Source: Novakomyces olei | Lineage: Eukaryota | Assembly (NCBI GenBank): GCA_016906335.1 | Contig: JADEYG010000012.1 | Coordinates: 1,116,001 to 1,180,000 of the forward strand | Direction of reading: 5' to 3' | Length of the DNA stretch: 64,000 nt | Shown here: in pieces, positions 63,946 to 64,000 of the stretch | Layout: each line of letters begins with the position of its first letter | Position numbering within the stretch: position 1 is the stretch's first letter | Made by a program: the position numbers and the translations under genes | Notes under the pieces: generated by a model | Seen by the model: only the letters and a program-made list of their open reading frames with translations | Told to the model about the DNA's origin: nothing | The model's database searches: none

Positions 63946-64000
63946 ATGTCAGGCTCTTTACAACCATCAGAGAAAAGCGTTAAAGCCCTGTTTGAGACTG
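63946..64000 (+). CDS. Possible 5' end of the next gene (MSGSLQPSEKSVKALFET...)
   Basis: ATG-initiated open frame running to the window edge after an AT-rich spacer, divergent from NAT1. Confidence 0.3.
   Translation, partial: MSGSLQPSEKSVKALFET

Overview
Eukaryotic (fungal, ascomycete) nuclear DNA, gene-dense, in the standard genetic code (CTG sits at invariant Leu positions in XRN1). I reconstruct 30 protein-coding genes with about 42 manually inferred GT-AG introns (roughly 35-370 nt); every complete spliced model gives a length divisible by 3. Most genes are housekeeping: GYP5-like (partial), GGCT/AIG2, OPI1, MMC1, SDR, Pmp3, scramblase, YOR1-like ABC transporter, HAT2/Msi1, MRPL1, GH5 EGCrP, EamA, IMP3, MET12, LMO-like, TOK1, METTL25-like, NMNAT, type II NADH dehydrogenase, TAF11, PalC, XRN1, TPP2, GH15, a HAD phosphatase and NAT1. 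TPP2, short introns and TTAGGG promoter boxes suggest an early-diverging ascomycete, possibly Taphrinomycotina (inference only). The most unusual locus is at 56.5-59.4 kb: a divergently transcribed, intronless pair of dihydroxyacetone-kinase-family genes with complementary domain loss. One is a K-domain-only protein with intact substrate motifs; the other has a decayed K domain plus an intact ATP-binding L domain. They share a 382-bp promoter with a 35-bp near-perfect palindrome and three Mig1/CreA-type sites, so this is a candidate two-component sugar kinase or sensor system. Other points of interest: a telobox-flanked structured region upstream of NMNAT, a His-rich putatively GPI-anchored glucoamylase, frequent AAG 3' splice sites, and pervasive short tandem repeats. 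No tRNA, rRNA, transposon or CRISPR array was recognised. All protein identities come from remembered family motifs, not database searches.
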